The notes below the pieces were generated by a model. The model saw only the letters and a list, made by a program, of their open reading frames with translations, did no database searches and was not told where the DNA came from. Both the position numbers and the translations under genes were made by a program. 64,000 bases of DNA, taken from Priapulus caudatus. Taxonomy: Eukaryota. The stretch covers positions 789,434-853,433 of the forward strand of contig NW_014577063.1 in NCBI RefSeq assembly GCF_000485595.1, given 5' to 3'. The stretch's first letter is position 1, and each line of letters begins with the position of its first letter. Shown here in pieces: positions 1 through 14,019 of this stretch.

Positions 1-255
1 GCGTGTGTGTGTGGGCGTGTGGGTATATGCGTGTGCGTATATGCGTGTGCGCCATCGCGTGCGTTCAATGCTTTCAGTTCGTCTTCACCTGCTCGTTACT
101 TATTGACTCATTCCGTCTCGTGCAGAGAGAGCCGCCCCAATGAAGCACTTTCTTTCTCTCTCTATCGTCAGTGTGCCGCCGCTGCCCGCTTCCAGGCGAA
201 TCTTCGCTATATAGCTGGCGTAGTATGCATGTTCGCTGCATCAAGTGCATGGAAG

Positions 256-728
256 CACGGGCACTTGGAACGTCTCAATAAAAAAAATTCATGGTAAATA
301 AACACGAAATGTACCAAAGTCTAATGTTTCTCTACTCTATTTCGCCTAATGCCGGTCAAATGTTCATCTGCAACGCACAAGTACACCGCACGCCCGCCCT
401 GCGGCGCACAAACAACATGAATAAGAGAGCTCGCACACTACAACATGAATGTAATATATGTAATGAAATGAAATGAATGAATGTAATGAATGTAATAATT
501 GAGCTCGTAATGAATCGAGCATGAATACGAGAGATAACATGAACTCTCTTATTCATGTTGTTTGTGCGCCGCAGGGCGGGCGTGCGGTGTACTTGAGTGT
601 TGCAGATGAGCATTTGACCGGCATTTACAGGTGATTATAGACGAATTAGAGTAGAGAAACATTAAGACTGGTACATTTCGGGTTTAATTACCTTTGTTTT
701 TTTTATTGAGACGTTCCAAGTGCCTGTG
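256..728. mobile_element. Fold-back MITE, CAC(A/G)GGCACTTG termini, 8-bp TSD (P- or hAT-type non-autonomous DNA transposon)
   Basis: Long imperfect inverted arms (cacgggcacttggaacgtctcaataaaaaaa ... ttttttattgagacgttccaagtgcctgtg), flanked on both sides by catggaag. Confidence 0.85.
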
Positions 729-1248
729 CATGGAAGGGGGAAGCTTTCGTACGCTCGCAGGAAATGTTAATTTCCGATGATGTCGCGCGACGGCTATTAC
801 GGAGCAGCTGCAGCTCGTAGTCGGGTAATTGCCGCTCGGGTTACGAATTTAAAACTGCAGTGTAGAAGGAATATCCATGCCGAGGAGGTGGTGCGCGTGC
901 GTGGCCGTCGAAGACGACGCAAAAACGTACAAAACGCATTTTCCGATCGCGAGAGAACGAACGCTCGGCTGCGGCCGCATTCTATCCTGCGGCGAATCGA
1001 CGTCGACGTTTGCATGCATGCATGCAGAAGTTTTAATATTTGATCAACAGTTCTTCGAGTTTCGGTTCGATACGTTCGCGGACATAGAATTCTCGCTGAT
1101 CTACCGTGGCCCATATGAACAAAACACAAGTTCACAAGCAAACTACAGGTCGTTTTATTATCTTGACGAAATATGTTCGAGGGCGTCGAAAAATGGCCGC
1201 CTCACGTGCCATATGCGTCGCCGCGTAATTTCGTAGCTATCGCGACGT

Positions 1249-1408
1249 GTTCTTCTTCTTTTTCTTCTTCTTTTTCTTCTTCTTCTTCTTCTTCTTCTTC
1301 TTCTTCTTCTTTTTCTTCTTCTTCTTCTTCTTCTTTTTCTTCTTCTTCTTCTTCTTTTTCTTCTTCTTCTTCTTCTTCTTCTTCTTCTTCTTCTTCTTCT
1401 TCTTCCTT
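1249..1408. repeat. (CTT)n microsatellite
   Basis: Seen directly; source of the poly-S/E/K/F ORFs. Confidence 0.98.
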
Positions 1409-2990
1409 CGCATTATTAGTCCCACTCAAGTGGGGTCGCTGCAGTGGCCTCTTCTCTTCCATTTTCCCCTAACCTCCACTTCGTGTGTCGCCAATCCCTT
1501 CTCCTTCAATTCATTCTGCACGCAGTCCTTCCATCCTGTTCCTGGTCTCCCCCTTCCTCGTCTACCCGGTGGTTACATGTTAAGCATGCGCCTTCCTGTG
1601 TAGTTCTCCTCTCTTCTCATCACAATTACTTCTCGTCCAAAACATTGTAACATTGTACCTTCTTTGATATTATTGTTATGCGCGATGTCGCGACATCTTA
1701 TAGCGTGTAAAAAATAATACGCCGTGATTATGTAATCGGTTTATTATTATCGCGTTAAAGCCATTAGTGTAAATATATGTTCCCGGTCAAGCCTTTAAAC
1801 CGATACAGTTGTTTTTCAACGTACATCACCCCAACGGGTTTTATATCCATTTTTATATTATGGGCGTGCATTAGATCACTATCGGTCATCATGGCACTAC
1901 TGTTCGTGATGTTCCAAGATGCAGTTAGGCGTTTTATGCATCGTCATAATAAGAAAATACCGAAAACGTTTGAAAGCCTATGCGATCCCTAAAATATGTA
2001 TGCTAAACCTAGTATGCGTAGTTATGTTATTTTTCAACTATTATATGCATTAGTAAAAATATGATGTCGAGGGTTAGTGGTGGTGGCAGCACTGCAGCAC
2101 TAGTAACAAGTGATCAGTCGCGCAAAAAAAAGCAAGCAGACTTTCCTTTGTTGTGCGAGGCAAGTATTATGGTCATGCGTCTTTGTATTAATTTTGTATG
2201 TGGAAGATTTGCTAAGGCTTTCTTCACGGAAATAAATCCAAGCGTAGATTGGTAGGGCGTTTGACCGCATCACTGCTTTGATCGTGTGCAACGTTAATAA
2301 AACGCATGTGGTACATTCGAATTGCGGCTGTTATAATAACAACCAACCGAATATAGGTGTGTTTAATATTGTAAAGTTGTACCGCATACAATTTACAAAT
2401 CACAACAAGACGTGCAAACAGTGTCCGAGCAAACATCAGAGAACAGCCAAAAAAGTGTCGGGACCCATTATTAGCATAAACCTTTTATGTAACCTCTTAT
2501 AAAATCTCCTTGAACCTCTAAAGCGGTTCAATTTATGGCGCTTTTCGCTTATATGGTTCCTGCAAAAAAAGTGCAATAAATGTTAGGCTTAAAAATTTTG
2601 TCCGTTTATTTCGCGAGGAACTGAGCGCGTATGCATACCTACCTACACGTACATCACTGATATGCTACTTTCCTGCGTCCGTCTGTCTGTCTGTCTGTTC
2701 GTATGTGTGTCTGTTTGTGAGGAAAGCATCTAGCCTTGCCCGCACCTTGCCGCCACACAGTCAGCGGGGTGGCAACGTGCAGGTGAACCTCCTATTCTTT
2801 AGATTCTAGCTGTGAGAGATTTGCATCTGGAGAATGCGGGTGAATGCTCAATCACTTACGGCACAATGCTGCGCAGATGTGACAGTGGCGCTGAGTATAG
2901 CTGCTAGCTGTTACTGTTAGCTATTAGCTAGCTAGCTGTTAGCCGCCCCAGCTGCATATATACGTCGAGCGCCCCTATACGTAGTTACAT

Positions 2991-3034
<44 letters not shown>

Positions 3035-3393
3035 CGAGAGAGAGCTGCTGACAAGAGTAGAGAGAGGAAGCTGAGGCGGGAATGGCGGATGAGTGGTTAC
3101 CCAGACAACTAGAGCTCTCTAATTAACACCAGTCACAATAAGACCGCCAATCTTCAAATATTTGTTTAACGATATCTGGATGTGCAGAGACGGACGGACT
3201 CTCTATAGGAGAGGGTCAGTCCTGTGCGTGGCTGCGTGCTGGCCAAATACCACGGAGTGGTCTATTTTTGGATAGCCATTACATATTTGAAAGAGCTCAT
3301 ATAAATGTTCCATCTACACTTACTTTTTATGACCGGCAAAACTTCACGCCGGTTTCTCTTTAGCTGCTCAAGACTGTCTGTCGGTTACGCATT

Positions 3394-3908
3394 GACAAGG
3401 ATATTTACTGGTAAATGTTATGCTGACATTCTAAAATGCAATTACCAAGAACGTATTAACTGTAACGTATTTTCGTCGCGTTCAGTTTAGGAAAGCGAGG
3501 CTATGTGGGAGATCCAGTAGAGGAAATAGTTATTTGTAAAATAAGAGCACGAGAGCTCTGACCAGGATATTTACTGATAAATGTTATACTGAGTGACAAT
3601 CTAAAATGCAATTACCAAGAACGTATTATAAAATGTAACGCATTTCCGTCGCGTTCATTTTAGGACATCGATGCTACGCGTGGGAGATCCAGTAGAGGAA
3701 ATAGTTATTTGTAAAATAAGAGCACGAGAGCTCTGACCAGGATATTTACTGATAAATGTTATACTGAGTGACAATTTAAAATGCAATTACCAAGAACGTA
3801 TTATAAAATGTAACGCATTTTCGTCGCGTTCATTTTAGGACAACGATGCTATACGCGTGGGAGATCCAGTAGAGGAAATAGTAATATGTAAAATACGAGC
3901 ACGAGAGC
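3394..3908. repeat. Tandem repeat, three units of ~165-175 bp
   Basis: Unit gac(a/c)aggatatttactg...gagcacgagagc starts at 3394, 3560 and 3735. Confidence 0.92.
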
Positions 3909-4842
3909 AATAATTATAATTATACAGTACCGTGCCTCTGGTTCTACGGGTGCGTGTATGCAGTGGGTTTCTGCTGCCGCATCTCCCCCTTCCCCCACCT
4001 CCCTCGCCCCCGTCCTCATTGTGATTACGTGGGGTTATTGATCCCTGCTCTAACCGTGTTTGCTTTGCCATGCGGAGTCAGCAGGGATGTTTCATATTTC
4101 ATGCTGCTTAATTTCTATCTGTGATGTCTTGTTTCTGGTATCGTGTTATAGCCGTTAACCGCAGCTAAGAGTTAAACCAGCGACCTATATAGATAGCAAT
4201 TAAGGGATCTATCTACGCGAAAATTGGACTATGAAGTTATGACAGCAGTTTCGTATATTGGGAACCACAACTGTGCGACGAGCCAATGTATTTTTATATT
4301 GGGAATGTCTATTCGGAAAGTCATAACACACAAATTTGTTTACATCTCTTGAAGTGTAAGCATACTTTGCCGTTCAATGTGGTGAACACAGATTGTGCAC
4401 GCGGTTGGGGGCAGTATTCATTGTTGGTAATATGTCCACGTACATGGTTTGGATATTTATCATATATTGTATGAAAGTGAATCCCTATTGATGATTTTCC
4501 GTCTGTAGAGTATACATTATGAATGCTAGATCGCGTTTATTAATATATAAATCCGAGCCTAGTTGTTGTTATATTAGTATTCTTTGTGTAAATTTTATAA
4601 CTAGTCGATACTATCTGCTGGGATTGAGATGCGTGTGGAATTATGAGTAAAATTAACGTAGATTTGCCTTTTTATATTTGTTCGGCCCTGCGCTTCATTC
4701 GTTTAGGATGTTCAGATGTGTACTGAATGCTGTACGGTTGCTCGTCGTTTATCGTCATAATTCCAGCGAACATTTTTCGGAAATTTGGCCGCGGTGCCAA
4801 TTCTATTGATCGATGCTTATTGAACCGTTTCGCCTGGCTCGA

Positions 4843-4877
<35 letters not shown>

Positions 4878-7006
4878 CGTACGCACGCGCGCACGCGCTA
4901 GGGGGTTTCGTGGTTGGTGTCCAGGGCAGGAGTTTTAGGCAATGATTGCTTACTGCTAGGCTCTGAAGTTTGCGTGAATAGCTGCTTGTGGCTGGCTGCC
5001 TGGTGGCCAGACGACTATTGCATGCTACAGCTGAGCACACAGTAGCCTATAGAGAACCCGACAAAGCTATTGCCTGCATCTAACACTGCACTGGGCGACC
5101 CTTCTTTTGTGTTCCAGCCCCTATCCTTCCTTCTCCTGTATTATTTGCACGAATTTCAGAGCCCCTAATGTTTTTCAAATGGGTCAGGTAGCTGTAATTT
5201 TGTGTTGTGGGAACAAGGAAACGTGTTCATGCCACGTAGTCTACCTGCTAGGATATAGGCGTCTGTTGCAAAATACAGCTACCATACAAGATGTACATCA
5301 GATTTTGAGAGACCCGAGTCAGACAGAATAATATGAAGTTCTTTGTTGTAGATAATTAAAATGCATGCACATGTACGGAATATAGCTCTTTTCACAAAGA
5401 AAATATCTGATTAAAACAGTAGTGTAAGTCACCTAATACATATTCAAAACTCAAGTCGACAATATAAAATATACTAATATATCCGTATAATAAAAAGAGG
5501 GCACTGCAGATATCTACAATATCTAAAATGTAGGGCAGTGCTACGCGGATAATTAAAAGTCACAATACAAGTTAATTTTTTAAATAATTATACCTCCGAG
5601 GTGCAGAAATAGATTATGTGCGTGTCTCGCGTATTCGGAAATGGAACCGGGTGGTGTGTTTTAATTAACACTCGTTGTCATTCTACATGTGGAGTAGAGA
5701 TTTATGCAAGTGATTTTTCTTTATCGCGGATCGTTTGGCAATCCTCACTCGGTCTGATTTATGAAGTTTTGTAATTTTTTTTTACCGTTCTAACCTTCTA
5801 ATTCGTCTCGTAATTCACCAGACTATATCGTTATATAATCGATATAATTGTGCATTATGCTTTCTTTGTAATCCTAGTATGCTCTTTGAGGAAAGCAAAT
5901 TACGTCTGATAATACTTAAATAACAGTGAATTCGTTATTCAGAACCCGATTTGTAATTCAGCACAAATTGACGCCTTTGGCGAGGTCTGTGTTTTGAGAT
6001 CTACATCGCAAATGATGTAATTTGCATGAAACGTAGATCTAGATAAAACCGTCTATTTGTATACATATATATAGGCCTACGTCGTAAATCAGACATACAA
6101 CTTAAAGGTATAGAAAAAAATATTCCAAGCTTAAATTGATTTTTATTTTCCGGGCTGAATGCTTGTGTGTGAGTGCAGGTGCGGATGATTCAAGCATACG
6201 TTGCGAAACTGTTTTAAATTTTAAACGAAACTTGAAACGACTTATTAGCCTAACGACTTATTGACTAACGACTTATTGAAACGACTTAAAGCTTATTATT
6301 AGCGAGTGCCTATAAATTTGAGTGAATTTAGCCCAAAGCTATAGCCTTGAATACGAACGTAAAATACTGTGCTGTGCTGTCAAAGAGCCATAATTTAAAC
6401 CACCTTAAGTTTGATGTTTTCCATAATTTCATTCGTCTCGGTTTGTGAGAACAATTTACCAAGTGAATGGCCCCCATCAAAGTGTCTGCTTATTCCGAGT
6501 GATTGACAGCCAACGAAACGAAGTTTAGTCAGTCATCTGAAGCCATGCAGGAGTTCATTGAAAGAAAACATGAGCACTTTAAAGCGCTTTACGTTTCGCA
6601 GTTAGAAATTTCTCAAGATTGAGTTTGCTAGTGCTGACCCGATCGTGCTCAATGCCTACCCCGTTCTATAGAGGGGATGTACTTCCACACGAATTACAGG
6701 ACCAAGCTAACGCGGTGCTAGAGACGGGCGCGATGGGAACCATCAATTTCCGAGTGTAATGCTTCTATACCATCGTGGGAAAGAGAGAACCCACACAAAC
6801 AGGTTCTGCATCTAGAACTTCCGGAGGTTAAATGCGGTGAGGAAGTTCATCACGAGGGGAAAAATGTGTCCGCCATCCGTGCGAAACGTGGTGATGACAT
6901 GGTCGCATAAACACCAGATACGCAATGACATTGACCAGTGCCGATGGGAAGGAAAGTAATCAAAACATACATCCTACATAGGCATACAATATATATATAT
7001 ATATAT

Positions 7007-7126
7007 CAAGAGCTAATAATACCTAAAAGAGGTAAAAGAGCTTGTAAAAGAGCTTGTAAAAGAGCTAATAATACCTAAAAGAGGTAAAAGAGGTACAAGA
7101 GCTAAAAGAGGTATTATTAGCTCTTG
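7007..7126. mobile_element. CAAGAGC-terminus MITE inserted in (TA)n
   Basis: caagagctaataatacct ... aggtattattagctcttg terminal inverted repeats; internal taaaagag repeats. Confidence 0.8.
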
Positions 7127-8459
7127 ATATATATATATATATATGTATATATAAGTATATTTATTTATGTCCTATATAATACGTAGCCAATTCATTTAAG
7201 ACCTTGGGCCGATGTTTTCGGTTTTCTTATATCCTCTTCAGTTAAGCTTTCATTATTTATTATTTAATTCGCATTATGGCGTAATTGTAATCATTGCTAT
7301 GTCAATGCTGGTGTTGTTTCTTGTGCTGCTTCCTCAGCGGTCCGCATGCCACATTCGAAAAGTTACACTTCCCAAATACATCTCCTCACACTCACAACTC
7401 TCATCTGGTCTTCGTTCTCACAGTGCTGGTCGCGGGGGGGTTGCAAGCCGTCAAAACTAATTTGTTACCACGAACACTCGCCCAATCATCGTGTTGTTAA
7501 ACCCTCACTGAAATTTCTAATTTTAATTTTAATTTGTAATTTTTCTACTATACTAATCGGCAGCTGAATTATTAGTACACGGAGGCACTGCTGATCATGT
7601 GATTTAACAAATTGATTCGGGCGATTGAAATTGATTGAAGCAGCTAACGGAACTAGCAACAAACGGGCAGAGTTTAGAAACGACCTAGTCTGATATTATA
7701 GCAATAACTTGTAAATGCATGTATTCAGAAGTAAAAAAACAACAATATTGTTTAAACATTTATTTTTATCCAATCCTGATTTATCCAATGCGCGTACTAA
7801 CAGGAGTGAATAAAAGATTTTTTCATTCACTTCTGATCATACATGTGGTATATCTATGAATATATCATAGTATAAATACATCTGTCATCATGTAGGAAGT
7901 TCTGTAGTTGAAGCTTTTCATGCTGTATATCTATCTATACAAATACAGTCACTCTTACGTCATCGTCCCCCGTCGCTCGTCCACGATCCGTGTATCGCGC
8001 AAGCCTTATCATTCTGCTTTGGACTAATTACACATAATACTAATACATAATGTTATAAACAAATTTAGTAATTAATTTTACTCAATTAAATAATTAATTT
8101 AATTTAAATAATATCAGGGGTAAATAATCTCAAATTGAGATCAGTTACTCTTGATATGATGAAATATATATATATATATATATTACGTAATTACATGGCA
8201 CATCTCTGTTTTTGCATATAGCGATGCGTGCACCGAACTCAGCAAAGGCGAACGAATGAGAAGCCACAAATATTCTGATTGATCGAGATCTCTACTGAGC
8301 TGCTGCCAGCGTTTCCTCGTTGATGCTAATGAGGATGCTGTTCCCACTAGAGCTCCCAGCTTCCTTTGTCTTCCTGACCTCCATCGACCTCAGCGAGATG
8401 CACAGTTCAGCATAGGCCGTGCCGCGGTCGCTTGCTGTCCAATATACTGTTGCTCCCTC

Positions 8460-8606
8460 TTGCCACGCACACGCTCACAGCACTCAACCGCGCACTACCA
8501 CTGCCGCGCGCACGCGCTCGCGTATACACGCACACAATCTTCTCCCTCACGCTCCCACTGTCGTGCACACGCACGCACACATACACAGACAGACGCACGC
8601 GCGCAT

Positions 8607-8654
<48 letters not shown>

Positions 8655-8822
8655 GCACGCACGCGCGAACACGCACACAGACACAGACACACACACACAC
8701 GTACGCACACGCACACGCACGCACGCACGCACGCACACACACACAGACACCCATGTACGCACGCACGCGCGAATACGCACACAGACACGCACACACGAGC
8801 GCACGAACACGCACACACACGC
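8460..8822. repeat. (CA)n/(CACG)n compound microsatellite
   Basis: Seen directly. Confidence 0.95.
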
Positions 8823-9659
8823 CACTACCCGCAGACGAAGCAGCTGATAATGGGCTGATATGCCGCCACCATGGATGATCCCCCACGCAATACTAACCCT
8901 TCCTTTGTCTATCAGAGCACTGCTCCCTCCTACACGTACCATCTTCCATTATCTTTGGCCGCGGATGTGCGATGGGGGCGTTTCACAGGACAAAGGCGGC
9001 AGTTGACCACAGCATAGTCCGACGCCGTATCATTTACTGGTAATCGTTTGGCATGCGCTCTTTCGTGTTCCTTTGCCGGTAAGCAACGAGGCAGAAGGAG
9101 GAGGGAACGTTCCCCGCGGAAGGGGAACGTTTGCAGTAATATTCGTTGATTTTATCGCCATAATGACTGGTCTCACGACGTGGACTTGCGTCAGTCACGC
9201 ATGCCTTCACTGGTTGCTGCTGTTATGCAAAGCAGGAATGAAACTAGGCTGCGCGGTAGTGCGAGGTATTCGTGACTGTTAATGTGTGTGCCCAGGCCTG
9301 TAATTATTCAAATTGCATACACTTATTATAGGCAGGTGTAGTGTTTAAATGTAGTCCGTTGCACGTGATCATAATTTCAGTCGACGGGCTGTAATAAAGC
9401 GAAGCATGCAGTAAGTGCACTCAAGAAGGTGATGCGGGTATTTTGCTGAGGAAAATTTAAAGTGTTGCCAATTAGTATGTTCAGATGAACGGGCTTGATT
9501 CAGTCTTTGTTAATGTGAATAGCTTCGTGGGCGTTTTTATCGAAAACTTTCATTCAAATCTCTAGAAGCGCAAGCATCGTAACCGGAACATTTTCTCTAC
9601 GTGATCAGGTCAGTGTGATGTGCGAATCTCGGATGCGATTTCAAGTACATCTGCATGGG

Positions 9660-9685
9660 AGTGCGTGCATGAGTGTGTGTGCGTG

Positions 9686-9784
<99 letters not shown>

Positions 9785-9835
9785 ACGCGAATGCGTGCGT
9801 CCGCGTGTGCGCATATGTGTGTGCGCGCGTGTGTA
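9660..9835. repeat. (GT)n microsatellite
   Basis: Seen directly. Confidence 0.97.
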
Positions 9836-9949
9836 GTATATATCTGGGTACGCTTGCGATCGAGTGTTCATTCGTGTGTGTTCGTGCATACGCGTACGTA
9901 CATGTCTGCATGCATACATCCGTGAGTACATTCGTACATACATACGTAT

Positions 9950-9982
9950 CAAGAGCTAATAATAAGGTATTTTTAGCTCTTG
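9950..9982. mobile_element. Minimal 33-bp CAAGAGC-terminus element with 8-bp TSD
   Basis: caagagctaataataaggtatttttagctcttg flanked by atacgtat on both sides. Confidence 0.75.
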
Positions 9983-10029
9983 ATACGTATGTGTGTTTGC
10001 TTGCGTGCATGGTGCATGCGTGCGTGTGG

Positions 10030-12895
10030 GCGTGTGTGTGTGGGCGTGTGGGTATATGCGTGTGCGTATATGCGTGTGCGCCATCGCGTGCGTTCAATGC
10101 TTTCAGTTCGTCTTCACCTGCTAGTTAGGTATTGACTCATTCCGTCTCGTGCAGATAGAGCCGCCCCAATGAAGCACTTTCTTTCTCTCTCTATCGTCAG
10201 TGTGCCGCCGCTGCCCGCTTCCAGGCGAATCTTCGCTATATGGCTGGCGTAGTATGCATGGAAGCACAGGCACTTGGAACGTCTCAATAAAAAAAATTCA
10301 TGGTAAATAAACACGAAATGTACCAAAGTCTAATGTTTCTCTACTCTATTTCGCCTAATGCCGGTCAAATGTTCATCTGCAACGCACAAGTACACCGCAC
10401 GCCCGCCCTGCGGCGCACAAACAACATGAATAAGAGAGCTCGCACACTACAACATGAATGTAATATATGTAATGAAATTAAATGAATGAATGTAATGAAT
10501 GTAATGATTGAGCTCGTAATGAATCGAGCATGAATACGAGAGATAACATGAACTCTCTTATTCATGTTGTTTGTGCGCCGCAGGGCGGGCGTGCGGTGTA
10601 CTTGAGTGTTGCAGATGAGCATTTGACCGGCATTTACAGGTGATTATAGACGAATTAGAGTAGAGAAACATTAAGACTGGTACATTTCGGGTTTAATTAC
10701 CTTTGTTTTTTTATTGAGACGTTCCAAGTGCCTGTGCATGGAAGGGGAAAGCTTTCGTACGCTCGCAGGAAATGTTAATTTCCGATGATGTCGCGCGACG
10801 GCTATTACGGAGCAGCTGCAGCTCGTAGTCGGGTAATTGCCGCTCGGGTTACGAATTTAAAACTGCAGTGTAGAAGGAATATCCATGCCGACGAGGTGGT
10901 GCGCGTGCGTGGCCGTCGAAGACGACGCAAAAACGTACAAAACGCATTTTCCGATCGCGAGAGAACGAACGCTCGGCTGCGGCCGCATTCTATCCTGCGG
11001 CGAATCGTCGTCGATGTTTGCACATTCATGCATGCAGAAGTTTTAATATTTGATCAACAGTTCTTCGAGTTTCGGTTCGATACGTTCGCAGGCATAGAAT
11101 TCTCGCTGATCTACCGTGGCTCATATGAACAAAACACAAGTTCACAAGCAAACTACAGGTCGTTTTATTATCTTGACGAAATATGTTCGAGGGCGTCGAA
11201 AAATGGCCGCCTCACGTGCCATATATGTCGCCGCGTAATTTCGTAGCTATCGCGACGTCTTCTTCTTCTTTTTCTTCTTCTTCTTCTTCTTCTTCTTCTT
11301 CTTCTTCTTCCTTCGCATTATTAGTCCCACTCAAGTGGGGTCGCTGCAGTGGCCTCTTCTCCTCCATTTTCCCCTAACCTCCACTTCGTGTGTCGCCAAT
11401 CCCTTCTCCTTCAATTCATTCTGCACGCAGTCCTTCCATCCTGTCCTTGGTCTCCCCCTTCCTCGTCTACCCGGTGGTTACATGTTAAGCATGCGCCTTC
11501 CTGTGTAGTTCTCCTCTCTTCTCATCACAATTACTTCTCGTCCAAAACATTGTAACATTGTACCTTTTTTGATATTATTGTTATGGGCGATGTCGCGACA
11601 TCTTATAGCGTGTAAAAAATAATACGCCGTGATTATGTAATCGGTTTATTATTATCGCGTTAAAGGCATTAGTGTAAATATATGTTCCCGGTCAAGCCTT
11701 TAAACCGATACAGTTGTTTTTCAGCGTACATCACCCCAACGGGTTTTATATCCATTTTTCTATTATGGGCGTGCATTAGATCACTAGCGGTCATCATGGC
11801 ACTACTGTTCGTGATGTTCCAAGATGCAGTTAGGCGTTTTATGCATCGTCATAATAAGAAAATACCGAAAACGTTTGAAAGCCTATGCGATCCCTAAAAT
11901 ATGTATGCTAAACCTAGTAATGCATAGTTATGTTATTTTTCAACTATTATATGCATTAGTAAAAATATGATGTCGAGGGTTAGTGGTGGTGGCAGCACTG
12001 CAGCACTAGTAACAAGTGATCAGTCGCGCAAAAAAAAGCAAGCAGACTTTCCTTTGTTGTGCGAGGCAAGTATTATGGCCATGCGTCTTTGTATTAATTT
12101 TGTATGTAGAAGATTTGCTAAGGCTTTCTTCACGGAAATAAATCCAAGCGTAGATTGGTAGGGCGTTTGACCGCATCACTGCTTTGATCGTGTGCAACGT
12201 TAATAAAACGCATGTGGTACATTCGAATTGCGGCTGTTATAATAACAACCAACCGAATATAGGTGTGTTTAATATTGTAAAGTTGTACTGCATACAATTT
12301 ACAAATCACAACAAGACGTGCAAACAGTGTCCGAGCAAACATCAGAGAACAGCCAAAAAAGTGTCGGGACCCATTATTAGCATAAACCTCTTATGTAACC
12401 TCTTATAAAATCTCCTTGAACCTCTAAAGCGGTTCAATTTATGGCGCTTTTCGCTTATATGGTTCCTGCAAAAAAAGTGCAATAAATGTTAGGCTTAAAA
12501 TTTTTGTCCGTTTATTTCGCGAGGAACTGAGCGCGTATGCATACCTACCTACACGTTCACACTGATATGCTACTTTCCTGCGTTCGTATGTCTGTCTGTC
12601 TGTTCGTATGTGTGTCTGTTTGTGAGGAAGGCCTCTAGCCTTGCCCGCACCCTGCCGCCACACAGTCAGCGGGGTGGCAACGTGCAGGTGAACCTCCTAT
12701 TCTTTAGATTCTAGCTGTGAGAGATTTGCATCTGGAGAATGCGGGTGAATGCTCAATCACTTACGGCACAATGCTGCGCAGATGTGACAGTGGCGCTGAG
12801 TATAGCTGCTAGCTGTTACTGTTAGCTATTAGCTAGCTAGCTGTTAGCCGCCCCAGCTGCATATATACGTCGAGCGCCCCTATACGTAGTTACAT

Positions 12896-12896
<1 letters not shown>
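10030..12896. repeat. Copy 2 of the ~3 kb duplication (includes second MITE copy at 10265-10736)
   Basis: Near-identical to 1-2991; runs into a (GA)n tract and the gap. Confidence 0.95.
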
Positions 12897-12926
<30 letters not shown>

Positions 12927-12927
12927 C

Positions 12928-12959
<32 letters not shown>

Positions 12960-13007
12960 TAAGAGAGAGAGAGAGAGGGCGAGAGAAAGAGAAAAAGAGA
13001 GAGAGGA

Positions 13008-13053
<46 letters not shown>

Positions 13054-13129
13054 ATCTATCTTCGTTTCTCATGTCAGGGCTGGTATGGTTCTTTCTCAGA
13101 TGCTCTCCTTCTCTCTACTCTCTCTCCTC

Positions 13130-13195
<66 letters not shown>

Positions 13196-13235
13196 TTCTC
13201 ATGCAGGCTGTATGGTTCTTTCTCGCTCTCTCTCT

Positions 13236-13879
13236 NNNNNNNNNNNNNNNNNNNNNNNNNNNNNNNNNNNNNNNNNNNNNNNNNNNNNNNNNNNNNNNNN
13301 NNNNNNNNNNNNNNNNNNNNNNNNNNNNNNNNNNNNNNNNNNNNNNNNNNNNNNNNNNNNNNNNNNNNNNNNNNNNNNNNNNNNNNNNNNNNNNNNNNNN
13401 NNNNNNNNNNNNNNNNNNNNNNNNNNNNNNNNNNNNNNNNNNNNNNNNNNNNNNNNNNNNNNNNNNNNNNNNNNNNNNNNNNNNNNNNNNNNNNNNNNNN
13501 NNNNNNNNNNNNNNNNNNNNNNNNNNNNNNNNNNNNNNNNNNNNNNNNNNNNNNNNNNNNNNNNNNNNNNNNNNNNNNNNNNNNNNNNNNNNNNNNNNNN
13601 NNNNNNNNNNNNNNNNNNNNNNNNNNNNNNNNNNNNNNNNNNNNNNNNNNNNNNNNNNNNNNNNNNNNNNNNNNNNNNNNNNNNNNNNNNNNNNNNNNNN
13701 NNNNNNNNNNNNNNNNNNNNNNNNNNNNNNNNNNNNNNNNNNNNNNNNNNNNNNNNNNNNNNNNNNNNNNNNNNNNNNNNNNNNNNNNNNNNNNNNNNNN
13801 NNNNNNNNNNNNNNNNNNNNNNNNNNNNNNNNNNNNNNNNNNNNNNNNNNNNNNNNNNNNNNNNNNNNNNNNNNNNNNN
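13236..13879. other. Assembly gap (644 N) whose flanks are reverse complements
   Basis: tttctcatgcaggctgtatggttctttctcgctctctctct on the left, agagagagagcgagaaagaaccatacagcctgcatgagaaa on the right. Confidence 0.99.
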
Positions 13880-13919
13880 AGAGAGAGAGCGAGAAAGAAC
13901 CATACAGCCTGCATGAGAA

Positions 13920-13980
<61 letters not shown>

Positions 13981-13988
13981 TAGAGAAG

Positions 13989-14019
<31 letters not shown>

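Larger units (their letters stand above)
1..2991. repeat. Copy 1 of a ~3 kb near-identical direct duplication (copy 2 at 10030-12896)
   Basis: Sequence from position 1 re-occurs at 10030 with scattered substitutions and a shorter (CTT)n tract; the spurious ORFs are duplicated in the ORF track. Confidence 0.95.

Noticed and set aside
1173..1603. Poly-S/E/K/F ORFs
   Set aside because: Translations of the (CTT)n microsatellite; tract length differs between the duplicate copies.
8293..8470. Minus-strand open frame ending ...[42 protein letters not shown]
   Set aside because: Looks protein-like, but I found no partner exon, clear acceptor or recognisable homology.
8407..10128. Long HT/CV-rich ORFs (also at 17245-17529, 19883-20261, 22835-23257)
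   Set aside because: Products of (CA)n/(GT)n repeats, open in several frames on both strands.
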